NCBI GenBank assembly: GCA_001661245.1
Contig: KV454011.1
Location: forward strand, 1,514,724 to 1,557,314
Origin: Pachysolen tannophilus NRRL Y-2460
Taxonomy: Eukaryota
DNA length: 42,591 bases
Direction: 5' to 3'
Positions 32,849 to 42,591 of this stretch are shown one piece after another. Position 1 is the first letter of the stretch; every line of letters begins with the position of its first letter. Both the position numbers and the translations under genes were made by a program. The notes beneath the pieces are model-generated. The model saw nothing but the letters and a program-made list of their open reading frames with translations. It was not told the origin of the DNA and did no database searches.

Positions 32849-33919
32849 TAGAAAGTTGTAAAAATGTAAAGCATCAATTAATATATGAATATATATTTAA
32901 TCTTGTAATTTTTCTATATTACTGTGGAACAATTCGTAATAAGTTTAGGCTCTTACTTAACTCATAATGATTTCTTCTTTCTTTCTTTATTTCTACAACA
33001 GTATAGCATTAGAACTAACACTAATTCACTAGAAGCGTACGCGTCAAAAAAATTGGGTTTTTTTTTTGGGTTTTATTAACTAAAAAGTTCAAGGGTTTTT
33101 TTATTAAAAAAAAAAGAAAACCGAAAATATAATTAGCAATAAAGGCAAAAGACAAAGGCGGACCCCGAATTAATTCATCCATTTAATATATAAAACTAAA
33201 TAATTCAAAACGTAATTAAGGTTCTTTTTTCCTTTTTTTATTTTAATTTTTATTTTTATTTTTATTTTTATTTTTTTAATTTTTAATTTTTAATTTTTTT
33301 TGACTTTGTTTCTATTTTAAAATCTATAGTTGAATTCATCACTTAATTATCATCTATCATCACTACCATCGGTTCCGCCGCCCATTTAATTATTATTTTA
33401 TTATCATTTTATCATCATTTTATATGGTTGTGATTTCTGGTTGTGCATTATCCATACAAAAAATAAGCCTCAATACAGATCTTAAAAATCATATCTAGTA
33501 CATTTTTGTAACAAGATAATTAGAAATAAGAGAATAGAGATCATTAAATTAATTTGATCAGTTCAATAGATAGATTAAAGATTCAGTTGTTATTAGAAAA
33601 GGGGGAATAGAGAGTTTTTGTTATTTTTTTTTAATTTTTTATTAATTATTTTTTATTGTTTTTAAAAAAAAAATAATAATAATAATAATAATAATAATAA
33701 AGTGAAAAGAAATAAAACAACGAAAAAAATAAATAAAAAAAAAAAAAAAGGATCCAGATTAATCCCATTAATAGGTGAATAAGTTAACAGTTAATTTTAA
33801 ATTTAATTTTTGGGAACCTAATTTCTAATTCAAGAATTAGTGTTTGATTCTTTTTTTTTTCTTTTTTTTTTTTTTCTTTATTTTTTTTTCCCAAAAAGAT
33901 ATATCAATAAAACAAAGTA

Positions 33920-34963
33920 ATGGAAAGAATAAATCTGTCGTCGGCAGCATCGGGCTCGTCTTCAACAGCGATGGTTCAAAGGGAGTTTATAGTTAAAGAG
34001 GTTACAGATAATAGTACAAATATAACGAGACCCATGGTTATAAAAGAATATAAAAAGATTGGAGAAGGTGCTTTCGGTAGTGTTTTCCAAGCCACATTAA
34101 GAGTTTATAATAATAATAATTATGATTCAAGTCAACCATGGTTAGGTCCATTTGCTATTAAAAAAGTTCCAGCTCAAACAGATTATAAATCAAGAGAATT
34201 GGAATTACTAAGAGTTACAGATCATCCAAATATTGTCAAGTTACGATATTTTTTCAATTATCCCAATAAAAAAGATTATAATAAACTTTATCAACATTTA
34301 GTAATGGAAGCATTACCGTCTACATTACAAGCAGAAATTAAAAGATATAGATTAAGTGAAACAAGTTTACCATTGGAATTAATTAGAGTGTATGCTTATC
34401 AATTAGCAAATGGATTAAGTTATTTACATTCATATTCTATTGCACATAGAGATTTAAAACCTTCAAATATACTTGTGGATCCTCAAGATAGAAGTTTAAA
34501 AATTTGTGATTTTGGTTCAGCAAAAAAATTGGAAAGTAATGCAGTTAGTGTTGCTTATATATGTTCAAGATATTATAGAGCTCCTGAATTAGTAGTTGGT
34601 TGTCAAATTTATACAACAAGTATTGATATATGGGGATATGGATGTATATTAGGTGAAATGATTGTTGGAATGCCAATTTTTCAAGGAAAAGATCCTTATG
34701 ATCAATTTAGAGAAATTATTAAATTAATTGGTCCTCCTTCTCATGATTTTTATTCTAGATTTGTTACTGCAGAACTGGCAACAGAATTGTATAAATTTAA
34801 AGGTTCAAAGAAAACAAGATCTTTTGAAAAAATGTTTGGTTCTGTAGTTAATCTGGAAGGAGTAATGTTATTGAAAAGAATATTAAGATATGAACCAGAG
34901 AAAAGATTAACTGCACTGGAAATCACACATGATGAATTTTTTGAAGCATTGGAGGCTACATAA
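33920..34963 (+). CDS. MCK1: GSK3-family Ser/Thr kinase (Mck1/Ygk3 type)
   Basis: GEGAFG, GPFAIKKVP, KSREL, HRDLKPSN, DFGSAK and YICSRYYRAPEL. Flanked by MRPS18 and VPS68. Confidence 0.9.
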   Translation: MERINLSSAASGSSSTAMVQREFIVKEVTDNSTNITRPMVIKEYKKIGEGAFGSVFQATLRVYNNNNYDSSQPWLGPFAIKKVPAQTDYKSRELELLRVTDHPNIVKLRYFFNYPNKKDYNKLYQHLVMEALPSTLQAEIKRYRLSETSLPLELIRVYAYQLANGLSYLHSYSIAHRDLKPSNILVDPQDRSLKICDFGSAKKLESNAVSVAYICSRYYRAPELVVGCQIYTTSIDIWGYGCILGEMIVGMPIFQGKDPYDQFREIIKLIGPPSHDFYSRFVTAELATELYKFKGSKKTRSFEKMFGSVVNLEGVMLLKRILRYEPEKRLTALEITHDEFFEALEAT

Positions 34964-35360
34964 TTTACGGTAAAAAAAAAGAAAATAAAAAATAAAAAAT
35001 AAAAAAATAAAAAAAAACAATTATCAAAAGGATACATGAAATTTTATTATGAATTATATTCAATTCTTATTATCGTGCTTTTGCTGAGCAGGACTAAATA
35101 TAATTTACAATTAAAGATGATTATACCGTTTTTTATTTTATTTTAATTTTTATTTTTATTTTTATTTTTTTGCTTGTCTCAAACTCCTTTTATTTCACTT
35201 TTTTTCTTCTTCTTTTTAGTCAATGATTGGATGACTGCTTAGACTAGATTACTCTTACGTTTTTCCTCAATTTTGTTTTCTATTTTAATTAATGTTTTGC
35301 TGCTGCTGATTATTATTAATAGCGGATCATTTTATATTATTTCAAATTTTAGTTCTATAC

Positions 35361-35393
<33 letters not shown>

Positions 35394-35972
35394 TTTCTTA
35401 TTCTTATTCTTATTACTATTGTTTGTTTGCACTTTTTTTTTTTACAAACGATTAACTTTTTTAGTATATTTTGCATGCTTTTTTCAATCTTGTTTAGGTT
35501 TTATTTTGTAATGGATATATCAAATATCCTTTAATTTAGTCATTTAAAGATTTCATGAATAGATACTATATGATAATTCGTAAGCACGATAAAGATGTTT
35601 ATAAATATGATAGTAGTAGCAAAATATACAGTTGACCTATGTTTTTATTTCAATGCAGATTTCAAATGAACAAGTATAAAATCAAATTAATATTAAAAAA
35701 AAAAAAAAAAAATAATTAATTTTAAAAAGTTGAAAAAACATAAAACATCTAAAATTTCTCATTTCTTGTGTATCTCTGTATCTGTATATATATATATATA
35801 TATATATATTTGAATTCTTCCTTTTTTTGTTGTAGGATATTATCTAATCAAACCATTTCCATTCAAGTCTCCTTTTTTTTATTTTATTTTGTTTCTCCTG
35901 GTGGGAAGGAAGGGAGGGGGTGGGGGAATACCTATAGAGGGAGATATATATCATTCCTCTTGATGATAAAGA

Positions 35973-36618
35973 TTATAATGATAATGAATAATTGAAACTA
36001 TCATCTTCAATATTCTGCACGACCCACAAAACAATACAACTTAACATGACACAACCATTACTTACAACATTAGCCAATCCCATCCATACCGTTGGAAAAG
36101 TATTGAAATTCTTTACAAGATATTTCAAGATCAATACAACAAAACTACCTGCAAACCCCACTGCTAAAAGTGAAAATCCCATAAATAATATGATCCTAGC
36201 ATGCCATTGCGTTGAAGGGGATGATGCAAAAGAGTCGTTGTTGTTTAAAAGATTGGATTTTTCAATTGAATTAACAATCAACATTCCCAACGATGAACAA
36301 ATTGCAGGAATCCAATCTGTAATGGTAACATGAACTACCGATGCATTTACTGTTTTAGAAAAAATAGATGCATCTACTAGTACCCAAAAACCTATAGCAT
36401 ACTGTTTAAAAATAAAAAAATAAAAAAAAAAAAACATATGATATTCGTATTCGTTAGTAAATCTTATTCTCAAACAAAACGTAACACTTCTATCCTACTT
36501 ACTAAGGCTCCAGAAAGATAGATTCCAATAGATCTAGCTGTTTCAGAAGATGGTAATTTCAAAAAATTGAACTTGGTATGAATTGGTCATTTTGGAAATA
36601 AAATAAATAACGATTCAT
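35973..36618 (-). CDS. VPS68: Vacuolar protein sorting Vps68 (TMEM50 family), 2 exons; start codon unresolved
   Basis: Exon 1 ends ...LKLPSSETARSIGIYLSGAL at 36503. Exon 2 (35973-36401) reads YAIGFW...VHVTITDWIP...IVNSIEK...QNIEDDSFNYSLSL. The candidate ATGs at 36618 and 36590 are both out of frame. Confidence 0.88.
36402..36502 (-). other. Spliceosomal intron of VPS68 (101 nt)
   Basis: GTAAGT at 36502, TACTAAC at 36453-36459 and CAG at 36402. Splicing joins SGAL to YAIGFW. Confidence 0.92.
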
Positions 36619-36944
36619 TTTTCAAAGTATTGATATTGGTTATTTGATTAGAGAGATTTTTTTTTTTTTTTTTTTTTACTGAGAGAGTTAAGAAATAAAG
36701 AAAGAATAATATAAAATATAAAATATAATGGATTCTGCCAATCATAAATTGTTGATACGATAATAATAAATTATTAATATTAATATAGTTAATTATCAAT
36801 TATCCATTATCGCATAGGTGCCCGCTAAAAGTTCTTTACAATGGAGTTTAAACAGGATTTACACGACCAAGTTTTAAATGATAAAAACAAGTACAAAATA
36901 TAGTAGAATTGGAAGAAGATGAATGATGATGATTTGATCTAGTT

Positions 36945-38146
36945 TTAAAGTGTATTCTCGATTTGCAGTAGCAGTAGCAGGTTTGGTAGTCTGAGGTAAT
37001 CATTAAGATCTAATGCTCCGTTAAACATCAAAGATCCCAATACAAGCAAAGCAAAACCAATTAATTGTAAAAATTTAAAACTTTCCCAACCTAAACACAT
37101 TGATACTAACCATACAAGTAATGTTCTGCAAGTATCAACTGTTGACCTTGATGTAGCACTTAGACAAGAGGTTATCGATGTACCAAAGAAATTGAAAGCG
37201 CATATGGAGAGCATTATAGCTATCGACGACAATATCATTGCTGATGATGAGAAAAGTTGGGTTAAAGCATTAACCATATCGAATGGACCTTTATGGCCTT
37301 CAATTGTAGAACCTATTGTGATATAAGTTAATATCATAATGGTAAAAGTTATAGTCCCACCAAATACACCTTCGTAGCCAACTAATTTCAAAGGAGCAAT
37401 GTGGACTTTGGATAAGATATGTTCTTCAATGACAAATTGAGATGCTGAAAACACTTGACCCAAGATTATTAAGAAAATACCCAATGTTACTTTACTAGAA
37501 ATTAGCTCTGATGAAACATCAGCTTCAATTGATGAGCTACTAAATCCAACAAGACCTACACCTATTGTGACAATAATTAAGGACCCCCATTCATACCTTG
37601 TAATGACTCTTTTCAAAAAAATCACAGAAAATGTTGCAACAAATAAAACTAAAGAACCTCTTGTCATTTGATATACACTTACAGGTGTAAATAGTAAACC
37701 AATATGCATCAAAGTAGTACCAGCAATATCACAACATGCTGGAATGGCTAATATTAAAGATTCTTTAAACGTCATGGCCACATCACCATCCAGTTCTCCG
37801 TCTATCTTGTGATACCCAGCTCTCAAAGTCATTTTGACAAAACTTAATATCACCCAACAAAAACTTTCACCTACAAACATCTGAAATGTTTGTAAAACAG
37901 GTTGTTCAAATTTTTTGGGCTCAGAAAATTCACCATCACAATTAGACACACATTGGTTATCCTGATACTTTGTGAAAATCGAATTCAGACACCCACTAAT
38001 TATAGTCCCAGCAACTAATATCAAAAGCTTCTCCAAATATAAAATCTCATAGTTAATAAAAATTTTTTGTTTTAAACCTATTAAAATTCCACCTTATTGC
38101 ACAAACACCAACAACTTACAGAGTATTTACTTGAGACTGAATCCAT
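36945..38146 (-). CDS. SLC35F6-like DMT/nucleotide-sugar transporter; probable short exon 1 (38120-38146)
   Basis: TKYQDNQCV, FEQPVLQT.QMFVGE, PACCDIAGTTLM, SVYQMTRG, QFVIEE, VGYEG and SATSRSTVDTCRT. Exon 1 MDSVSSKYS is followed by GTAAGT. Confidence 0.85.
38028..38119 (-). other. Probable intron with TATTAAC branch point and AAG (or GAG) acceptor
   Basis: GTAAGT donor at 38119 and TATTAAC at 38052-38058. Only non-YAG acceptors keep the frame. Confidence 0.6.
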
Positions 38147-38367
38147 ATTCGCCGGATCTCTTCAACTAATACCAATATAACTTCACCTTTTGATCTTGAT
38201 TCAAACAAGAATCTTCTTTGTTTAACATAAAACAAACGAAATAGTAGATAAAAAAACAGGGCGGCAGGAAATAATATATATATATATATATATAAATCAT
38301 ATTTAAAAGAAGATAATCATTTTATCATTTAAATATACAAGATATTGGATTCAGATGCTGTATATAT

Positions 38368-39103
38368 ATGATGCCTTTTGTGTTGAATAGTCATAAATCG
38401 TTTGTTGCCCAGCCATCAGTTCAGCCGCCTAATATAAGTAATTATAGAGTTAGAAGAAAATCCTCGTTATCCATCACCGAAACTTTTAGCAGTTTGAATA
38501 CAAAAGAAAATGAGCCCGACGACAATAAATATGGATATGATGTTCAGAATAAAAATGCTAATGGTAGTGATTTGAATTTTCCAAAGAGACAGCCATGTTG
38601 CTTTAGATGTACCAGATTGTTGAATTCAGATAATATTCAACTCACGGAAAATGTGAGCTCATCTGTTTTGCAAAATAGTATAACAAAGCCGCTCATGATT
38701 TCACCGCAACGTTCTTTTTCAACCGTTTCATCACAGTCACCATTTAGTGAAACTTTGGGTCCATCGTTTAACAAGGGGACGCGGAGGTTGTCACAGCCGT
38801 TAACTGCAACTTATCAGGAATCATTGCTTTCAGGTAGAACGTCGGGGCTTCAATCTAATCCTATACAGTTTACTGCAAAGATTGGAGTCATCCGAAGTGG
38901 AAATGGCGGAGAAGCAGGTACTTCTAGGAGAAATAATTATAAGCAATACACAATTCCATTTGATGCGGTCTATTACAAATGGGATTTGAATGTTCCTTCT
39001 GTTGGAAATCACGATGATGATGTTAAACAGTCACCTTATGTCGGGAATATTGATTTAGAAAAATTTTTCATTGAGAGAGAAATTAAAGAAAATTTAAATA
39101 GAA

Positions 39104-39137
<34 letters not shown>

Positions 39138-40290
39138 CAACAATAAGCTCAGTCACAGTCAGAATGAAAAGTCCACGAAGAAGAAGAAAAAAAAATTTGT
39201 TGGTGATGAGCTACCATCAAGTGCAGATTCAAATTCTCACGAATCGTCTTCTCAAGAACATCAGCTGGAACAACAGCTGGAACAGGAGCAGAAGCAGGAG
39301 CAGAAGCAAAAACCAGACTATGGTAGAAGGTCATTCCCAGGGATGCTAGTTCCCGAAAAAGGTTTGCTACAAGTAATCATATACAATCAGGAAAAATCTG
39401 TGGCAAATTTCTTGTTATTTCCTTATGATCTTTCTAATTATCTAAAAGATGAGAATTCAAAAACTTTTATAAGAAGAAATAATTATTTTGCTAATGATTT
39501 TACTAAAGTTTTTTTATCCACAATTCAATTTCAATTTGCTAAAGTGAAAAATAATTACGTTATATACAACAATATTAAGATTATATTCCACAATAGAATA
39601 TTACCAATAGTTGGTGCTTCAGGTATATATTCTAACGAAAAGGAGGTCAGTAATGATTTTTTCAATGGACAAAATAATTCTAAAGATAAAAATCAAAATG
39701 AAGGATCAAATAAGGATAATACAACATCATCGGAGACTTCTTCTTCTTCTTCTAAGAAGTACGAGATCACCACTGGTGCGTCTTCTTCTTTGGATTTGCA
39801 GTATTTTAAGAAATGTAAAAATTGCAAAAAATTGGATGCTGAGATTTTGAGAATAGCGAGAAGTGAAGATCCTTGCGTTTTTGGAAATAAAAAAATTGGT
39901 CAAGATCTCTTAAAGTCGAATTTTGTTGTTGGTAATTGTAATATTAATACGAGAAAACATAGCAATAAAGAAGAATTGGAATCTCCACTTAGTTCTAAGA
40001 AAATATCATCATCTTTATTGCTGCTGACAAATAATTCTCACTCTCTCCATTATTATAATATCCATGGAAATCCTAGAAAGCTTTCTTTAATTCATATGAA
40101 TAAAGTTAATACCGATGATGGAGTAATCAAGGCTAAATCTATTTCAAGTATCAAGGAAGTGGATAAGAGCAATAGTAATAAAAATGTTGAAGAACCAACT
40201 CTGATAAAAATTTCATATTTGAATGGAAGATTTGAGAACTATAAAAATTTGAATGTTTTCGATTCTGATTCTGACTCTCAAGAAGAGTAA
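38368..40290 (+). CDS. FAM214/Atos-like protein (DUF4210 plus Chromosome_seg-like domain) with Asn/Gln low-complexity inserts
   Basis: YQESLLSGR...FTAKIGV...IPFDAVYY...SPYVGNIDL, then VPEKGLLQVII...PYDLS...KTFIRR, matching the recalled family pattern. Confidence 0.72.
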
Positions 40291-40729
40291 TTAAAAGGCT
40301 AGAGAGATAAACCGCAGCAATACTTTTTTTTTTTTTTTGATAAATATATTTAATAATTTTTTGGATGGTATTATGATACGAGGATTGGAAAAGGAATGGG
40401 TTGGATATTGGGATTAATATTTTGTAATTAGCAGTTTCCTTTTAATTGGCTAAGATTATATAAATCAAATTTGCTTTTTAATTTTATTGCATTATTTTTA
40501 TTTTTATTTTTTCATTTTTGGTTTTTTTGCTTATTTTTTTGGCTACTACAAGGTAATATAATTCAACAGAGATTTTAACTTCAACAAATTCAGTAAAATT
40601 TAACCATTCCTAATATTAGATAACCGATCTAGAAACCCAACAACAAAAAAAAAAAAAAAAAATAGAATAAAAATAAAAATTGAATAAATAATAGTACACA
40701 GCATGCTGAAGAGTTATAACCTATTACTC

Positions 40730-42238
40730 TTAAAAATAAATCTCACTAAATTGAGTCAACCTTTTACCACAATTATAACCACAACATCTTTTAGGAATAA
40801 TTGCAGTACCATTTGCATTAATCAAAAAATTCTCTCTAATTTCTTCTTCTTTGTTAAGAATAACAGAGATAATTTCTGTCTTTTGTCTCTTTTTCAGTAA
40901 TCCATTTCCTTTACTGTTTTTACTAATCATATCAGTACACCTTCCACAATAAACATGCCCACACTTTGTGAAAAATACTTTTTTCGATAATTCAATCTCA
41001 TCATCTGTGAATGTACGATTATGGAATTGCCATGGATAAGAAACATGATTATCATCTATTGATTTTATTAATAAATCCTTACTGTCATTATTTTCCGAGG
41101 TACTAATAGGTTTAAAATCTTTAGGAATACCTTTACCTAAAGATATACCACATAATACACATATTAAATCCTGTTCCTCGCTTATACTATCTGTAAAACC
41201 ATGCAATTTTTCATCTTTGGTTATTTTTTTTGTTTCCAATTTTTCTTTATAACTATTTGCATGTTTCATTCTTTCAGAAACTCTTTTATCTTGAATTTCT
41301 TCCTCACTTCTTCTTATTTGATCCATTATGCGTTGGTCATCTCCAGGATTAACTCTTCCAAAACCATGAAACATACGAGGGAAAACTGCCAAATGATGAT
41401 AAATATATGGGTTCACACCTCCTTCCACATAATCTGGATCTTCTTCAGAATCATACTCGTATTCATATTGGAATCCATCCATATTTTCAGTGTTTGATGA
41501 TCCATTATTATTCCTACTTCTACTACTTCTCCTTCTACCACGAGATGAGGGTACTACAATCACGCCTCCTCTTCCAAACCTTGGCTGCTGAGAATATTCT
41601 CTTGCCTGCTGGAGCCGCTGATGCTGGCGCAGCTGCTGCAACTGCCTGCGGTGTATTTGCAGCTGTATAAGAGCCGAGTGGCGCTGGACCAGCAGCCGCC
41701 GTCTTTGACGTTCTTCTTCAGATATATAACTAACATTTTGATCTGGTCTAGGGGCCATATTGGCAAAAGAAGTAGTACTTCTATCGACATTTTCCAGAAT
41801 CCTAATAATACCTGTTGGTAAATATATCGGAGTAAATTGTTGATGTTGATGTTGTTGTTGGTCTGGTTGCAATGATGATTGTCGCCGCTGTAAAGGTCGC
41901 CCTGGCCCTTCACCAGTGATTTGAACATCGGTATCCTCATTTTCAATATCAGAATGAATTTCTATTACATCCTGCGCACTGGAATTAAGCTCACTATTAT
42001 TATTATTATTATTATTATTATTTCTTGTCCGTTGTTCTCTTAATTGTTGAGCTCTTAACTGTTCTTTTCTCCTTATACGATCAGCAACATTAAACCTATT
42101 ATTGCTAGCCAGATTGCTTCGACTCCCACTTCCATTCTCATTTCTAACTTCAACTATTTCAAGCTCACTATCAGAACCTGAATCAGAACTGATTTCAACT
42201 ATCTCTTGCTGTCTTTGCTGTTGTGCGGTTTCATTCAT
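40730..42238 (-). CDS. SLX5: SUMO-targeted ubiquitin ligase subunit, Slx5-like RING protein
   Basis: N-terminal SIM-like motifs (IVEIS, LEIVEV, DVIEI, DVQITG), a split RING CVLCGISLGKGIP...LSKKVFFTKCGHVYCGRC and C-terminal EIYF. Confidence 0.82.
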   Translation of the reverse strand: MNETAQQQRQQEIVEISSDSGSDSELEIVEVRNENGSGSRSNLASNNRFNVADRIRRKEQLRAQQLREQRTRNNNNNNNNNSELNSSAQDVIEIHSDIENEDTDVQITGEGPGRPLQRRQSSLQPDQQQHQHQQFTPIYLPTGIIRILENVDRSTTSFANMAPRPDQNVSYISEEERQRRRLLVQRHSALIQLQIHRRQLQQLRQHQRLQQAREYSQQPRFGRGGVIVVPSSRGRRRSSRSRNNNGSSNTENMDGFQYEYEYDSEEDPDYVEGGVNPYIYHHLAVFPRMFHGFGRVNPGDDQRIMDQIRRSEEEIQDKRVSERMKHANSYKEKLETKKITKDEKLHGFTDSISEEQDLICVLCGISLGKGIPKDFKPISTSENNDSKDLLIKSIDDNHVSYPWQFHNRTFTDDEIELSKKVFFTKCGHVYCGRCTDMISKNSKGNGLLKKRQKTEIISVILNKEEEIRENFLINANGTAIIPKRCCGYNCGKRLTQFSEIYF

Positions 42239-42537
42239 TTTCGAATCTGAAACTTATATATTCACCAAACCCACATAAATATATATATATATATATATAT
42301 ATAAAAGAACCCCTTAAACAAACAAACAAACAAACAAAAAAAGACCCAATAGATTTCTTTCTAAACTCCTTCACACTTCTACACTTCTATCAGCAAGTGA
42401 TTTATATATATAAATATATATATTGGAAAGAAAAATTCCAACCTGATTTTAATAAAAATCAAAATGAAACACTAATAATAATAAAAGAAGAAATGATGTA
42501 TAATATCAGTTTACTGGTATTTAATAATTTTTTTTCG

Positions 42538-42545
<8 letters not shown>

Positions 42546-42591
<46 letters not shown>
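42546..42591. repeat. Poly(T) tract of at least 46 nt at the window end
   Basis: Uninterrupted T run. Shorter poly(A/T), (TA)n and (AAT)n tracts are frequent in the intergenic regions. Confidence 0.9.

Noticed and set aside
35170..35183. 13-nt match (TGCTTGTCTCAAA) to the 5' region of 18S rRNA, a possible snoRNA guide on the minus strand
   Set aside because: There is no adjacent D box (CTGA) or C box, and matches of this length to rRNA are expected by chance in 42 kb.
4579..41946. Short ORF-track entries that are antisense to, or overlap, real genes, or consist of poly-F/K/IY (e.g. 9780-10115, 17149-17469, 21874-22335, 28327-28602, 32513-32749)
   Set aside because: They are shadow ORFs or translations of homopolymer and (TA)n tracts, often with non-ATG starts and no recognisable motifs.

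Overview
AT-rich, gene-dense window of a budding-yeast (Saccharomycotina) chromosome with about 21 protein-coding genes, one tRNA-Glu(UUC) and four spliceosomal introns. Gene order: ARO9-like (truncated at the window edge), TUB4, MCH-type MFS transporter, CBR1, HOM3, two tandem GT71 alpha-1,3-mannosyltransferases, AIM17/BBOX-like dioxygenase, secreted acid sphingomyelinase, tRNA-Glu, COQ1, RER2, YRB1, NTH1, cytosolic MDH, RPL25, MRPS18, MCK1-like GSK3, VPS68, SLC35F6-like transporter, FAM214/DUF4210 protein and SLX5. In-frame CTG codons repeatedly fall at Ala or small-residue positions, which suggests a CUG=Ala yeast (Pachysolen-like) and means the supplied translations are probably wrong at CTG. 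The most unusual items are: (i) a 132-bp GC-richer TG...CA element with terminal inverted repeats and internal hairpins ending 1 nt upstream of the mature tRNA; (ii) a VPS68 first exon with no in-frame ATG unless a frameshift occurs at a T6 run; (iii) an intron that appears to need a non-YAG acceptor; (iv) a gene block that is centromere-adjacent in Saccharomyces, found here without a recognisable point centromere. All homolog comparisons are from memory; no searches were run.
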